Made by a program: the position numbers and the translations under genes. Shown here piece by piece: positions 20,052 through 28,609 of a stretch of 64,000 bases of DNA. Position 1 is the stretch's first letter; each line of letters begins with the position of its first letter. Source of the stretch: Escherichia phage JoYop; sequence record OR769032.1, one strand, 5' to 3'. Below the pieces are notes generated by a model that saw nothing but the letters and a program-made list of their open reading frames with translations, had not been told where the DNA came from and did no database searches.

Positions 20052-20079
20052 TTTCTGTTCCTCCGTAGTTGATAGTTGT

Positions 20080-20109
20080 ATAGTACCACAGAGGAACAGT
20101 CTTGTAAAC
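20080..20109 (-). promoter_or_regulatory. T4-type early promoter
   Basis: Minus strand GTTTACA-(18 nt)-TGG-TACTAT followed by the conserved ACAACTATCAAC initial transcribed region. Confidence 0.55.
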
Positions 20110-20111
20110 AA

Positions 20112-20414
20112 CTAAAAGAAACTTCTTTCACAATTTTTTCCACTGAACCAGGCGCTCACTGCTTTCTTAGTCTCGGGAGCAGTGTTATCCATAAACCATT
20201 CAAAGGCAGCCTTTTTATGATTCTGGAGGGCTTCTCGGGCTTTAATCTGCTCACGGTCTATTAACACTAACATATGAGCCTTTCTTGTCACCATGGGCTT
20301 CTTATGATTTTTTGAATACTCCCAATCATTTGTCCATCGCATTGTCGTTGCGAATTGAAGTACAGCTTCTTTAATTTTAGTTTCGTAAATTTCACGAGCC
20401 TTTGAGTATAACAT
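20112..20414 (-). CDS. hypothetical protein
   Basis: ATG at 20414 preceded by GGAGGTAATA SD. Confidence 0.45.
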   Translation of the reverse strand: MLYSKAREIYETKIKEAVLQFATTMRWTNDWEYSKNHKKPMVTRKAHMLVLIDREQIKAREALQNHKKAAFEWFMDNTAPETKKAVSAWFSGKNCERSFF

Positions 20415-20496
20415 TATTACCTCCATTCACCAGTTTAATTCTAGTCATCTTTTCGATGGCAGTCCATATAATCTATTTCTGAACTGCCTTTTTGTC

Positions 20497-21216
20497 TTAC
20501 GATTCTTCTAAATGTCTTTTCTGAAAAGTTGATACCATACTACGATATGGTTCATTTGGATACCCGTGTTTTATAGCTTCCTTTGTAAATTTTCTCCATC
20601 CATATTTGGTTTCTTTCCAAAGCTCGAATAATTCATCTTCATATTGCCATATAGTTAAATGAGAACGCTTTGCAGCTTTAATTCCATTAATGTGCTTTTC
20701 TTTTACTGTAGGATTGCTTAGTGTCTTTTTAATAATATTACTAACTTTTCTAACAAAAGCTGGGTCCTTATATCGTTGTGAAGTTTTTATTGAAGTGTTT
20801 AATTTAGCTTCCGGCGTGGATGTGACCTCTTTCATCTTTTTCTTCATATGCTGTATATGATTAGGATTTTTCCATAAATTTATAGAATGCTTTTTACATT
20901 TTATCCTAGTTTCATCTGCAACCTTTCCTCCTTCACCCCCATATGACAGGTTAACACAGTTTTTTCCATATTTCAATTTACCTGCCATGATATATAATAT
21001 TTCAGCTTGTACCATTTTATCATAATTATCAAAAACTTCTAAAACCGTTTTTGATAATATGTGGTCATTTGACACTTTTACACGTTCTATATAATTTCCA
21101 CTACCAACATATGAATCATTGATGTTATTAGTTATATGTCGACCATAATAGTATTTCTTAATACCTGTCTTTAAATTTAATATTTCAGTTTTATAGATAG
21201 TAAAATATTTTTTCAT
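20497..21216 (-). CDS. GIY-YIG family homing endonuclease (Seg-like), free-standing
   Basis: 239 aa; N-terminal FTIYKTEILNLKTGIKKYYYG resembles the GIY...YIG motif pair; basic C-terminal half typical of Seg/Tev DNA-binding regions. Confidence 0.55.
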   Translation of the reverse strand: MKKYFTIYKTEILNLKTGIKKYYYGRHITNNINDSYVGSGNYIERVKVSNDHILSKTVLEVFDNYDKMVQAEILYIMAGKLKYGKNCVNLSYGGEGGKVADETRIKCKKHSINLWKNPNHIQHMKKKMKEVTSTPEAKLNTSIKTSQRYKDPAFVRKVSNIIKKTLSNPTVKEKHINGIKAAKRSHLTIWQYEDELFELWKETKYGWRKFTKEAIKHGYPNEPYRSMVSTFQKRHLEES

Positions 21217-22181
21217 TTTAATAATACCGTTTCAGCAATTTCTTCCCAATGGTTTTTGTCGGTCATAATAAAGTCAGCAAGATAAAGAGCAGTACGCAGT
21301 GAAACATTGCGTAAACGATTAACATTAACTTTCATCCATGATAATGCTTTATAAGTTTCTTCATCAGAAAGACCACGTTTTTGCATCATGTCAGTTGAAA
21401 GAATAACATCTTCAACCCTGACCATAATTTCTTCATTAGTGTGAACACCTAAATCTAAATAAACTGAGCGGGACACTAATGCTTGTAAATGTGGAGCAAG
21501 TTTAGTTCCACGGTCTAATTCACGGTCAATGTCAACGTTTGTGATAAAAACAATCGTTCCTTTAAATTCAAACTCACGCTCAATGCCTTTTTCTTCTAAG
21601 TAAGAAGATGCAGTGCTCCAGCAGACTTTACGGGTCTCTCCAGTGTCCAGAGCAGCTTTTAGAAGATTAAGAATGTCCATATCAGAGAAAACATCCACAT
21701 CATCAATTAAAAGGACAGAATTCTCTTCACGATTATTCCAGAGCTGCTCATAAAGACCGATACCAGAGATTTTACCATTAATGCTTTTATATTCAATGTA
21801 TCCAACATCATTTGCTTTATTTAAAGCTTTATCTAAAGAATACGTTTTACCAATACCTGCCGCACCAGAGATAATTAATGAACGAATGTTTCCGTTAATA
21901 ATACCATTCGTCATCATTCCCATAACATTAAATCTTTTATTAATGCGGGTTTTCATATCTTCATATGATTCTTTAACTTCTTCAACTTTTACACCATCAT
22001 ATGAAATATCTGATTTGTAAACCCAAACACCGCGACGCTTACCGTCAATTTCAACAAAAACTTTACCATCTCCTTGTGCATCTACCGGAGCATTATCTGG
22101 GAACCATTCACCTAAGAGCTCAAAAGTTCCAGAGATTTCTTTACCGAAGTAGATACCCTTATTGATAGTTACAGTTTTCAT
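21213..22181 (-). CDS. P-loop NTPase of unknown function
   Basis: Walker A SGAAGIGKT and Walker B VLLIDDVD; track start is TTG, ATG at 22181 with GGAGAA SD. Confidence 0.55.
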   Translation of the reverse strand: MKTVTINKGIYFGKEISGTFELLGEWFPDNAPVDAQGDGKVFVEIDGKRRGVWVYKSDISYDGVKVEEVKESYEDMKTRINKRFNVMGMMTNGIINGNIRSLIISGAAGIGKTYSLDKALNKANDVGYIEYKSINGKISGIGLYEQLWNNREENSVLLIDDVDVFSDMDILNLLKAALDTGETRKVCWSTASSYLEEKGIEREFEFKGTIVFITNVDIDRELDRGTKLAPHLQALVSRSVYLDLGVHTNEEIMVRVEDVILSTDMMQKRGLSDEETYKALSWMKVNVNRLRNVSLRTALYLADFIMTDKNHWEEIAETVLLK

Positions 22182-22215
22182 TTTGTTCTCCAAATCCGTA
22201 TCAGTTGATAGTTGT

Positions 22216-22245
22216 ATAGTACCATAAAGCTTTATGCTTGTAAAC
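22216..22245 (-). promoter_or_regulatory. T4-type early promoter
   Basis: Minus strand GTTTACA-(18 nt)-TGG-TACTAT-ACAACTATCAAC. Confidence 0.55.
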
Positions 22246-22276
22246 TGTTTTGTGAAAAATTTTTAAAAATAAAAAA

Positions 22277-22294
22277 GGGAGCCCGAAGGCTCCC
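22277..22294 (-). terminator. intrinsic terminator
   Basis: GGGAGCC-TTCG-GGCTCCC followed by TTTTTTATTTTT on minus strand. Confidence 0.6.
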
Positions 22295-22296
22295 TA

Positions 22297-23310
22297 TCAT
22301 TTATAATAACTTCGGTGGTTTTCAAGATAAACCTTCTCAAGGAAGTCATCCCAGAAACTCATGTCTACTTTTTGCTGCATACCGTTCTTAGAAGCTTCAG
22401 TAGATGCTGCTTCTACTTGATCGACCACATCTTCCAAAAACTCTTGAACCGTTTTAAACGGATGCTTACCCAACTTCACGTCGAGAATAAATGGAGCATC
22501 TTTGAGTGGATAGACCAAGTCACCAGTTTTGTAAATTTCCAATAGTTGGAGTCCACCACGACAAGCATGACTTAGTGCTTTCCAGTCAATACCTTCATTG
22601 GCTTCAGCCTTACGAGCACGTTCACCGTATTCAGCATCTAATTTGTTCAGTGACTGCTTAAGCTCAATAAGAGAAAGCGTTGTCTGATATTTACGACCCA
22701 ACACAGTGTAGAACGTTTGAGGGCCTGTTTTCTCATGATTATGGAATACCCATTCACAGAATTCGTTTTCTGGAAGACGATGCTTAATATCTTCAACCTT
22801 GGTACGACGCTGCTTAATATAACCATCTTCTTGATAGTCAACCCACTGATCAGGGATTTGATTAACTACTTTCAATACATCACGTAATGCAGCCAAACGA
22901 GAACCCTTAACGCCATATTTAGAAGCTTGCTTACGAACATATCCTAAATAGGATTTCATGTTAGTCGTATAAAAACGAGAACGGTTGTCTTGAATAAACT
23001 TCCATACGTCAGGCAAATCAGATTTAACCACTAGTTCAGGTGGAGTGTGAAGCATATCTAATGCTACAGTTTCACCATCTGCTGCTAATTTAAAGAAATA
23101 CTTAAGACTATACAATTCGTGGTCAATATCATCTTTAGTGTTTTTAGATGATGTGTTGTTAGTGTTTTTACTCATGTGCTCTTTAACGTTTCCGATAAGA
23201 ATATCACGAGCAGGAGGAACAAAAATTTCTTTAAAATCTACATCAGATTCTGGAGTAGAAGTTCCATAAAGATGACTACCAAAATAGCTTTTCATTACTG
23301 TTTTCATCAT
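22297..23310 (-). CDS. nucleotidyltransferase-fold protein of unknown function
   Basis: 337 aa; N-terminal FGSHLYGTSTPESDVDF matches the G-S...D-x-D polymerase-beta-type NTase signature. Confidence 0.5.
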   Translation of the reverse strand: MMKTVMKSYFGSHLYGTSTPESDVDFKEIFVPPARDILIGNVKEHMSKNTNNTSSKNTKDDIDHELYSLKYFFKLAADGETVALDMLHTPPELVVKSDLPDVWKFIQDNRSRFYTTNMKSYLGYVRKQASKYGVKGSRLAALRDVLKVVNQIPDQWVDYQEDGYIKQRRTKVEDIKHRLPENEFCEWVFHNHEKTGPQTFYTVLGRKYQTTLSLIELKQSLNKLDAEYGERARKAEANEGIDWKALSHACRGGLQLLEIYKTGDLVYPLKDAPFILDVKLGKHPFKTVQEFLEDVVDQVEAASTEASKNGMQQKVDMSFWDDFLEKVYLENHRSYYK

Positions 23311-23768
23311 TCAGCCTTATATTCAATAACAGGACATACTTTAGCTTTACGCGCTTTTAAAAATTCGATAATAAGAGATTTCTTGGGTTGAATAGGAGGT
23401 AAATCTTTATACGCTCTATTAATATTTTCTACGTGTAAAGCATAATCCTTTTTCCATTTATAATTTTTATATTTTTCACGCAAATGCGCAGGAATAACAA
23501 ATGAACCGATAATAAGTAAAACAACCAAAAGAGCAAGTATAAATGCCGATGGAAGAAGAGTCCATAAACTACCGAAAATAAGCCAACGTTGTAGACTTTC
23601 TGCACAAATAATTGTTAGCCCTACGAGTATAGCACACCCAAAAATAGAAACGAAAAATGTAGGGATAGCAATAGACCAAAAGTATGCACATAGTGTCTTA
23701 GGTCGTTGCCATTCGTCGTTAAACAATTTGAACAATTTATAGTGCCAGGAGTTTTCATTAATAATCAT
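23307..23768 (-). CDS. integral membrane protein (about 3 TM helices)
   Basis: 153 aa; long hydrophobic stretches (IAIPTFFVSIFGCAILVGLTIICA; LLALLVVLLIIGSFVIPA). Confidence 0.45.
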   Translation of the reverse strand: MIINENSWHYKLFKLFNDEWQRPKTLCAYFWSIAIPTFFVSIFGCAILVGLTIICAESLQRWLIFGSLWTLLPSAFILALLVVLLIIGSFVIPAHLREKYKNYKWKKDYALHVENINRAYKDLPPIQPKKSLIIEFLKARKAKVCPVIEYKAE

Positions 23769-23770
23769 AA

Positions 23771-24292
23771 TTATCCTTTCATTGAAGGTGTAACAGTTGT
23801 TAAATACTTAATCATAGCTTCAGCTTCTGATTTTGATAATGAAATTTCTCCATTGTTTTGACGAATAGAAATAAAATCCGGATGACGGTCACCACCAGCT
23901 TTTAAAACACACATATAAGTATCAGTTTCATCTTCAATATCTGAAATGATTGAAGCAGTTCCGCATGAATGCGGTTTTTGATAAATCAATACAGCTTTTC
24001 TTCCACCGTTTGACTGTTCATAAACTTTTAATACATCAAACAAATCAGTTCTTTTATCAATAGCTAAAATGTTATTTTCATCTTCAATGTTAAATCCTTC
24101 GGATACTTCATAAAGCGTTACCCATAAATCGCCAATATCAATAACAGCATTTACGTTTCCACGACTTTCAAGAGTATGACAAATTTTCTTGATTTCATCA
24201 TAACTCATTTTAATAATATCATCTCCTTGAATAAGGAAAATATCATTTTTAAATTCAACACGAATTAAACCACTTTCACTTGAAATATACAT
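23771..24292 (-). CDS. hypothetical protein, paralog 1 of a tandem pair
   Basis: 173 aa; shares GFNIE(D/S)E and C-terminal (A/E)(M/L)(I/K)(K/T)YL..V.P(S/T)M motifs with next ORF. Confidence 0.45.
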   Translation of the reverse strand: MYISSESGLIRVEFKNDIFLIQGDDIIKMSYDEIKKICHTLESRGNVNAVIDIGDLWVTLYEVSEGFNIEDENNILAIDKRTDLFDVLKVYEQSNGGRKAVLIYQKPHSCGTASIISDIEDETDTYMCVLKAGGDRHPDFISIRQNNGEISLSKSEAEAMIKYLTTVTPSMKG

Positions 24293-24298
24293 ATTTCC

Positions 24299-24844
24299 TC
24301 ACTTTGAAATCATAGTTGGAATGACAGAATCAAGATAAGTCTTTAGCGCAATAGCTTCGTCTTTGTTTAATGTAATGATATGTGATCGAAAATCGTCAAT
24401 TTGACGAATAGATACTACATCTCCCTCTTCATAGCATTTTGACACATTTAAAATAGTTTCATCATTCTGATTACAGGAGTTAGTAATAATAGCATTACAT
24501 TTTTTAAACCATTTTAAATTATGTTTTCTTTTAGTAGAATCATAAAAATATTTAATCTTAGTTATAAAATTATCCCAATTATTAATTGATAAGCATATTG
24601 ACTCGCTTTCAATGTTAAATCCTGGGCATAAAGAATAAAAATGAATTTTATGCTCATCATTAATGCTTACAATTTTATCAGTATAAGGATTTTCAATTTG
24701 GGTTAAATGAATGATTTCACTAGGCGTAAAATATAGCATATCGTCTTCTTGCGTCAAACGATACATATTATTTACTTTTTCTATAGCCAATTCACCAAAA
24801 AGTGAACTAACTTCTAATACTAATCGTTTCGCCTCTCCCATCAT
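24299..24844 (-). CDS. hypothetical protein, paralog 2 of a tandem pair
   Basis: 181 aa; motif sharing with 23771-24292. Confidence 0.45.
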   Translation of the reverse strand: MMGEAKRLVLEVSSLFGELAIEKVNNMYRLTQEDDMLYFTPSEIIHLTQIENPYTDKIVSINDEHKIHFYSLCPGFNIESESICLSINNWDNFITKIKYFYDSTKRKHNLKWFKKCNAIITNSCNQNDETILNVSKCYEEGDVVSIRQIDDFRSHIITLNKDEAIALKTYLDSVIPTMISK

Positions 24845-24976
24845 TACATACTCCTCTGAATCATATCAATAATGTTGTTCACCAAATTATAAGTAAACAT
24901 TGGGTAATTATATTGAATCATCACATACACAACAAGCAAAACTTTCATTCTCTTCTCCTTGGCAGTTGACAAGATT

Positions 24977-25006
24977 ACTATACCATAACCTTGCCAACTT
25001 GTAAAC
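24977..25006 (-). promoter_or_regulatory. T4-type early promoter
   Basis: Minus strand GTTTACA-(18 nt)-TGG-TATAGT. Confidence 0.5.
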
Positions 25007-25008
25007 CA

Positions 25009-25182
25009 TTAAATGACGTTTTCGATAAAATTCTGAAGCTTTGTGTGAGCATCAACCATGATTTTCATTTCTTCTTTGGCGAAAGCTGTACCTCTTTCCC
25101 GAGAAGAATATTCATAGTCAGAAACTGCATTAGCATATTCTTCAATTAGCTTCATTAAAAACATCTGCTTTTCAGTTTTCAT
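25009..25182 (-). CDS. hypothetical small protein (57 aa), not in ORF track
   Basis: Hand-translated MKTEKQMFLMKLIEEYANAVSDYEYSSRERGTAFAKEEMKIMVDAHTKLQNFIENVI; ATG with GGTGGAATA SD; fills an otherwise empty 330-bp gap. Confidence 0.35.
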   Translation of the reverse strand: MKTEKQMFLMKLIEEYANAVSDYEYSSRERGTAFAKEEMKIMVDAHTKLQNFIENVI

Positions 25183-25366
25183 TATTCCACCTAATCATTT
25201 CAAGATATTGAACTAACTTAGCTTTGGATTTATCCAAATCCTTTTTAGCTGCTTCTATACCGTCGTATGAATATCCTTCACAATGCTCAACTGCTAATTG
25301 GTATGAATCTATTTCAATATCACGTGCTAATTTAATGATTTTTTCAAACTGTTCACGTGTCAGCAT
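25172..25366 (-). CDS. hypothetical small protein
   Basis: 64-aa ORF, ATG start. Confidence 0.4.
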   Translation of the reverse strand: MLTREQFEKIIKLARDIEIDSYQLAVEHCEGYSYDGIEAAKKDLDKSKAKLVQYLEMIRWNNEN

Positions 25367-25368
25367 AC

Positions 25369-25572
25369 TTAAACTCTCGTATTATGATCGATAATTTCAT
25401 CAAGAAACATATCTAAAGCTTCTACAGCATTATCAACTTTAGCTTCAAATTCATCAATACCTTTATTTGCAATACCAGATGAAGCCCAAGCAAAGTCGCT
25501 AAGTTCCTCATCTGCTTTACGAATTAAAGCTACTAATTCTTTAATCTTATCCGCTTGTTCGATACTAATCAT
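25369..25572 (-). CDS. hypothetical small acidic protein
   Basis: Track start GTG; ATG at 25572 with GGTGGAATA SD. Confidence 0.4.
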   Translation of the reverse strand: MISIEQADKIKELVALIRKADEELSDFAWASSGIANKGIDEFEAKVDNAVEALDMFLDEIIDHNTRV

Positions 25573-25760
25573 TATTCCACCACATATGAAAGAGAGAATA
25601 TTGCACACGCCATGTGAGTTGCAACTTCATCACACATATTATAGCGTTTCTTAAGAAGTTCTACAAGTTCTTCACTAGTAACTTCATCCATGTCGACGAA
25701 AAAATCACCATTAATGATGACGTAGATATTTCCTTCTTGATTGAGTGCTTCAATTTTCAT
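25572..25760 (-). CDS. hypothetical small protein
   Basis: Track start lies inside promoter; ATG at 25760 with AGAGGAGAA SD. Confidence 0.4.
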
Positions 25761-25789
25761 GATGTTCTCCTCTTTATCTGATAGTTGTA

Positions 25790-25819
25790 TAGTACCACAG
25801 CTCAAACGGAAAGTAAACC
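25790..25819 (-). promoter_or_regulatory. T4-type early promoter
   Basis: Minus strand GTTTACT-(18 nt)-TGG-TACTAT-ACAACTATCAGAT. Confidence 0.55.
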
Positions 25820-25835
25820 GGTAAAATGAAAAAAG

Positions 25836-25851
25836 TCTCCCGAAGGAGACT
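25836..25851 (-). terminator. intrinsic terminator
   Basis: GTCTCC-TTCG-GGAGAC followed by TTTTTTCATTTT. Confidence 0.55.
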
Positions 25852-25855
25852 AATG

Positions 25856-26242
25856 TTATTCGAGGGAAAGAAGATATTTACTTTGATAAAACATTCCAGT
25901 AATATCATCTATCGTGCTTTGAATGGCTGGAGGCATTTCTTTATAAATGCTGTTAGATTGGTCTAGTATGTGATCAATCATTTTAATTGTATCGGTAGGA
26001 AGTTTACTAGCATCTGGAATTGAAGGAGTGTATTTTCTACCAGAATACCCCAAATACTGCTCACCAAATTTGTCAATCAAATCTGGTAACTCAGAAAAAA
26101 TAAAATCGTATGCTTTGTGTCTAGCATAGCTTTTAGTTTCAAAATGTGCAGAATGAAAATAAGCTTGTGCAGCCATTAATAAACCTAAGTATTCATCTGC
26201 CTTTGAAGGTTTTCCACTTTGTGAAAAGTCGCTGAATTTCAT
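25856..26242 (-). CDS. hypothetical protein (T4 rI.-1 position)
   Basis: 128-aa ORF immediately downstream of rI. Confidence 0.45.
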
Positions 26243-26532
26243 TCAGTCTCCAATTTAATGTTCATAATTCTAGCGTATGATTGTGCCATCTCCGCGCCTC
26301 GTTCTATACATTCAAAATCAGAAGAGCACGGGTCATTTTTATAGGTCGTTCTCATAAAACTATAGAATTGTTCAGACGATTCTACGCTTTTGTTTTCAAA
26401 AAGTGTATAAACATGTCTAATACCAGATTCCATAAATTTATCAAAATGAGGATCGACATTCGCTTCAATAGATGGAGATAAAACAAATGACAATCCTAGC
26501 ATGGCAAATAGTGCCGTTGCTTTTAAGGCCAT
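26239..26532 (-). CDS. rI: Lysis inhibition regulator rI (periplasmic, signal peptide)
   Basis: 97 aa MALKATALFAMLGLSFVLSPSIEANVDPHFDKFMESGIRHVY... recognised as T4 rI. Confidence 0.85.
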   Translation of the reverse strand: MALKATALFAMLGLSFVLSPSIEANVDPHFDKFMESGIRHVYTLFENKSVESSEQFYSFMRTTYKNDPCSSDFECIERGAEMAQSYARIMNIKLETE

Positions 26533-26544
26533 AAAGGCCTCCTA

Positions 26545-26757
26545 TCATTTTTGTCCTGTATTTACTTTATGCCGATGCACGGCCTTAACTTTATCAAGGT
26601 ATTTTTCAAAATTTCGCAATCTGGTATAGTCTGCCGGAGATTGGTTGATTGATACTTCTCGACGCAAAGCTGAAATAACATTTCCAACTTCTCTACGAAT
26701 TTCATCTAATTGAAGCACAGTAAGATTGCGAAGTTGCTTTTCAGTTAATTGTAGCAT
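26545..26757 (-). CDS. hypothetical protein (rI.1 position)
   Basis: 70-aa ORF, ATG start. Confidence 0.45.
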   Translation of the reverse strand: MLQLTEKQLRNLTVLQLDEIRREVGNVISALRREVSINQSPADYTRLRNFEKYLDKVKAVHRHKVNTGQK

Positions 26758-26799
26758 ATATACCCCTTTAGTTAGATAAACCTATTTATAACTTTTGCG

Positions 26800-27381
26800 C
26801 TAATCTAGCTTTTTAGTTAATTCGTTCCAATGTTTTCTACATAAAGATACGTAAATTTCATCACCAATACAAATTTGATCGCCTTCTTTAACTGGGGTTC
26901 CATCTTCCATTAATCGAGCGGTCATAATAGCTTTTTTACCACAGTGACAAACCGCTTTAAGCTCAATAAGTTTATCAGCAATCGCCAAAAGTTCTTTAGA
27001 ACCTTCAAATAACTTTCCTGCGAAATCAGTTCTTAATCCATAAGCCATAACAGGAACATTATATGTATCAACAATTCGGCTTAATTGGTGTACTTGTTCA
27101 GTTTTTAAAAACTGAGCTTCATCTACAAATACGCAATGAATATCTTTTTGTGCTTCAGCCCATTTATAGAACTCGAAAATATCCATATCATCCGTAATAA
27201 TATTCGCTTCCTGTTTAATTCCAATGCGAGAAACAACTTCACAAACAGAATCGCGAGTATCAATAGCAGGTTTAAGAACTAATACACCCATTCCACGTTC
27301 TTTATAATTATGCGCAGCAGTCAAAAGAGAAGCAGATTTTCCAGCATTCATTGCTGCATAAGTAAAAATTAAACTCGCCAT
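26800..27381 (-). CDS. tk: Thymidine kinase
   Basis: 193 aa; P-loop AAMNAGKS and C-terminal zinc-ribbon cysteines CHCGK...C; recognised as T4 Tk. Confidence 0.9.
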   Translation of the reverse strand: MASLIFTYAAMNAGKSASLLTAAHNYKERGMGVLVLKPAIDTRDSVCEVVSRIGIKQEANIITDDMDIFEFYKWAEAQKDIHCVFVDEAQFLKTEQVHQLSRIVDTYNVPVMAYGLRTDFAGKLFEGSKELLAIADKLIELKAVCHCGKKAIMTARLMEDGTPVKEGDQICIGDEIYVSLCRKHWNELTKKLD

Positions 27382-27390
27382 ATCACCTTC

Positions 27391-27576
27391 TTAAAGCGTA
27401 TTCACATAAGCTATTAATTCATTTTCTTTCTTATCAAACCGATCAGCAAATTCTTCCTGCTGTTCGGGAGATAGCGGGCCGTATTCATCATAAAAGGTGT
27501 TTGCTTCTGTATGCTCATCTAGAAGTTCATGGATAAGCTCAAACAATTTATCTTTTTGTTCTTTACTTAGGCTCAT
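27391..27576 (-). CDS. hypothetical small acidic protein
   Basis: 61-aa ORF, ATG start. Confidence 0.4.
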   Translation of the reverse strand: MSLSKEQKDKLFELIHELLDEHTEANTFYDEYGPLSPEQQEEFADRFDKKENELIAYVNTL

Positions 27577-27742
27577 ATATTAATTTCCAAAAGTTTTAAA
27601 ATAATTCGCTTTTGCTTAAATATTTCCATAGTTAAATGATCAGTATCTTTTTGACCAATTCCAATAGCAAAACCTTTATTAACAGCGAGTTCAATCAAAT
27701 TATCAATTTCACGCAACACTTCATATTGCATCTCAGAATTAT

Positions 27743-27949
27743 TCATTTCGGTTTGCCTTCTTTAACGAAATCTGGATAAGGATAAAACCCCGAATAAAAT
27801 CCTTCACCTTTATGATTGATGCATCCTTTATTAGAACAATAGCACCAATAATCAAAATCACAAGCCATTTCATCATTACATAAAGCAAAGACAACTGGCC
27901 ATTTACACTTTCCACAATGGGCATTTTTAAGAATACTAGTTTGGCTCAT
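27743..27949 (-). CDS. small cysteine-rich protein (possible zinc binding)
   Basis: ATG at 27949 in ATGA overlap with upstream stop; 9 Cys in 68 aa. Confidence 0.4.
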   Translation of the reverse strand: MSQTSILKNAHCGKCKWPVVFALCNDEMACDFDYWCYCSNKGCINHKGEGFYSGFYPYPDFVKEGKPK

Positions 27950-28158
27950 AACCATGTAACCTTTAAGCAATATTCTTCTACGTGTTGTTTACGACCTTTC
28001 TTATCAATAAAAGTATATTCAACGAATGTTCCAATATAGTCTTTATCTACATCATGTGGACTATTAATTGGGCATTTAGTACGGCAAATGCGTTCCCATT
28101 GACGAATAATTTCCACTTTGTTTTTAGGGTCAAATGGATGCGGGTAATGTGCTTTCAT
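27946..28158 (-). CDS. hypothetical protein
   Basis: 70-aa ORF, ATG start. Confidence 0.4.
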   Translation of the reverse strand: MKAHYPHPFDPKNKVEIIRQWERICRTKCPINSPHDVDKDYIGTFVEYTFIDKKGRKQHVEEYCLKVTWL

Positions 28159-28609
28159 AATCTACCACTATTAAATCAATATCAGGAGTAAACATGTCGA
28201 TTAATTTAGAAACCTTATCCCAATCACCGCCAGCAATACCACAACCTATACGTGGAATGTAAATTACCGGTTTAAACAAAAGGGTTTCTGCCTGCAGATT
28301 TAATTCTATCATACAGTTTACTAAAGCACCATAATCAAGATTAGGACCTGGTTCATATTGCGTATACAGGTTGTAACATATGCCAAAACCATTAGGTTTA
28401 TGTTTAAAAACTATAGACATATCACCGAGTTTTTCACGCGAACCATATTCAGTTGTAGTCTTATCTATTTCTAAAATTTTAGGATAAGCCCTTGCTAATT
28501 GACCAGCTACACCACTGCCCATCGTATGAAAACAGTTGCACCCGTGCGCAATAATATTACCTTCAAGAAAGAGGGCGACAATATCGCCCTTGATATATTT
28601 TACAATCAT
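28130..28609 (-). CDS. macro-domain-like protein (possible ADP-ribose binding or hydrolysis)
   Basis: 159 aa; GDIV...IIAHGCNC...MGSGVAG...IGCGIAGG mirrors the macro-domain GDIT / NAAN / GGGV / G-I-Y-G layout. Confidence 0.45.
   Translation of the reverse strand: MIVKYIKGDIVALFLEGNIIAHGCNCFHTMGSGVAGQLARAYPKILEIDKTTTEYGSREKLGDMSIVFKHKPNGFGICYNLYTQYEPGPNLDYGALVNCMIELNLQAETLLFKPVIYIPRIGCGIAGGDWDKVSKLIDMFTPDIDLIVVDYESTLPASI

Noticed and set aside
20065-20110. Recurrent 20-30-nt motif (plus strand ...GTTGATAGTTGTATAGTACCACA...GTAAAC...) seen at about 15 sites, initially considered as a dispersed repeat, CRISPR-like repeat or mobile element ends
   Set aside because: Spacing is irregular, copies sit in intergenic gaps upstream of minus-strand genes, and on the minus strand the motif reads as a -35 GTTTAC / TGG-extended -10 promoter with an A/T-rich upstream element. 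Annotated as early promoters instead.
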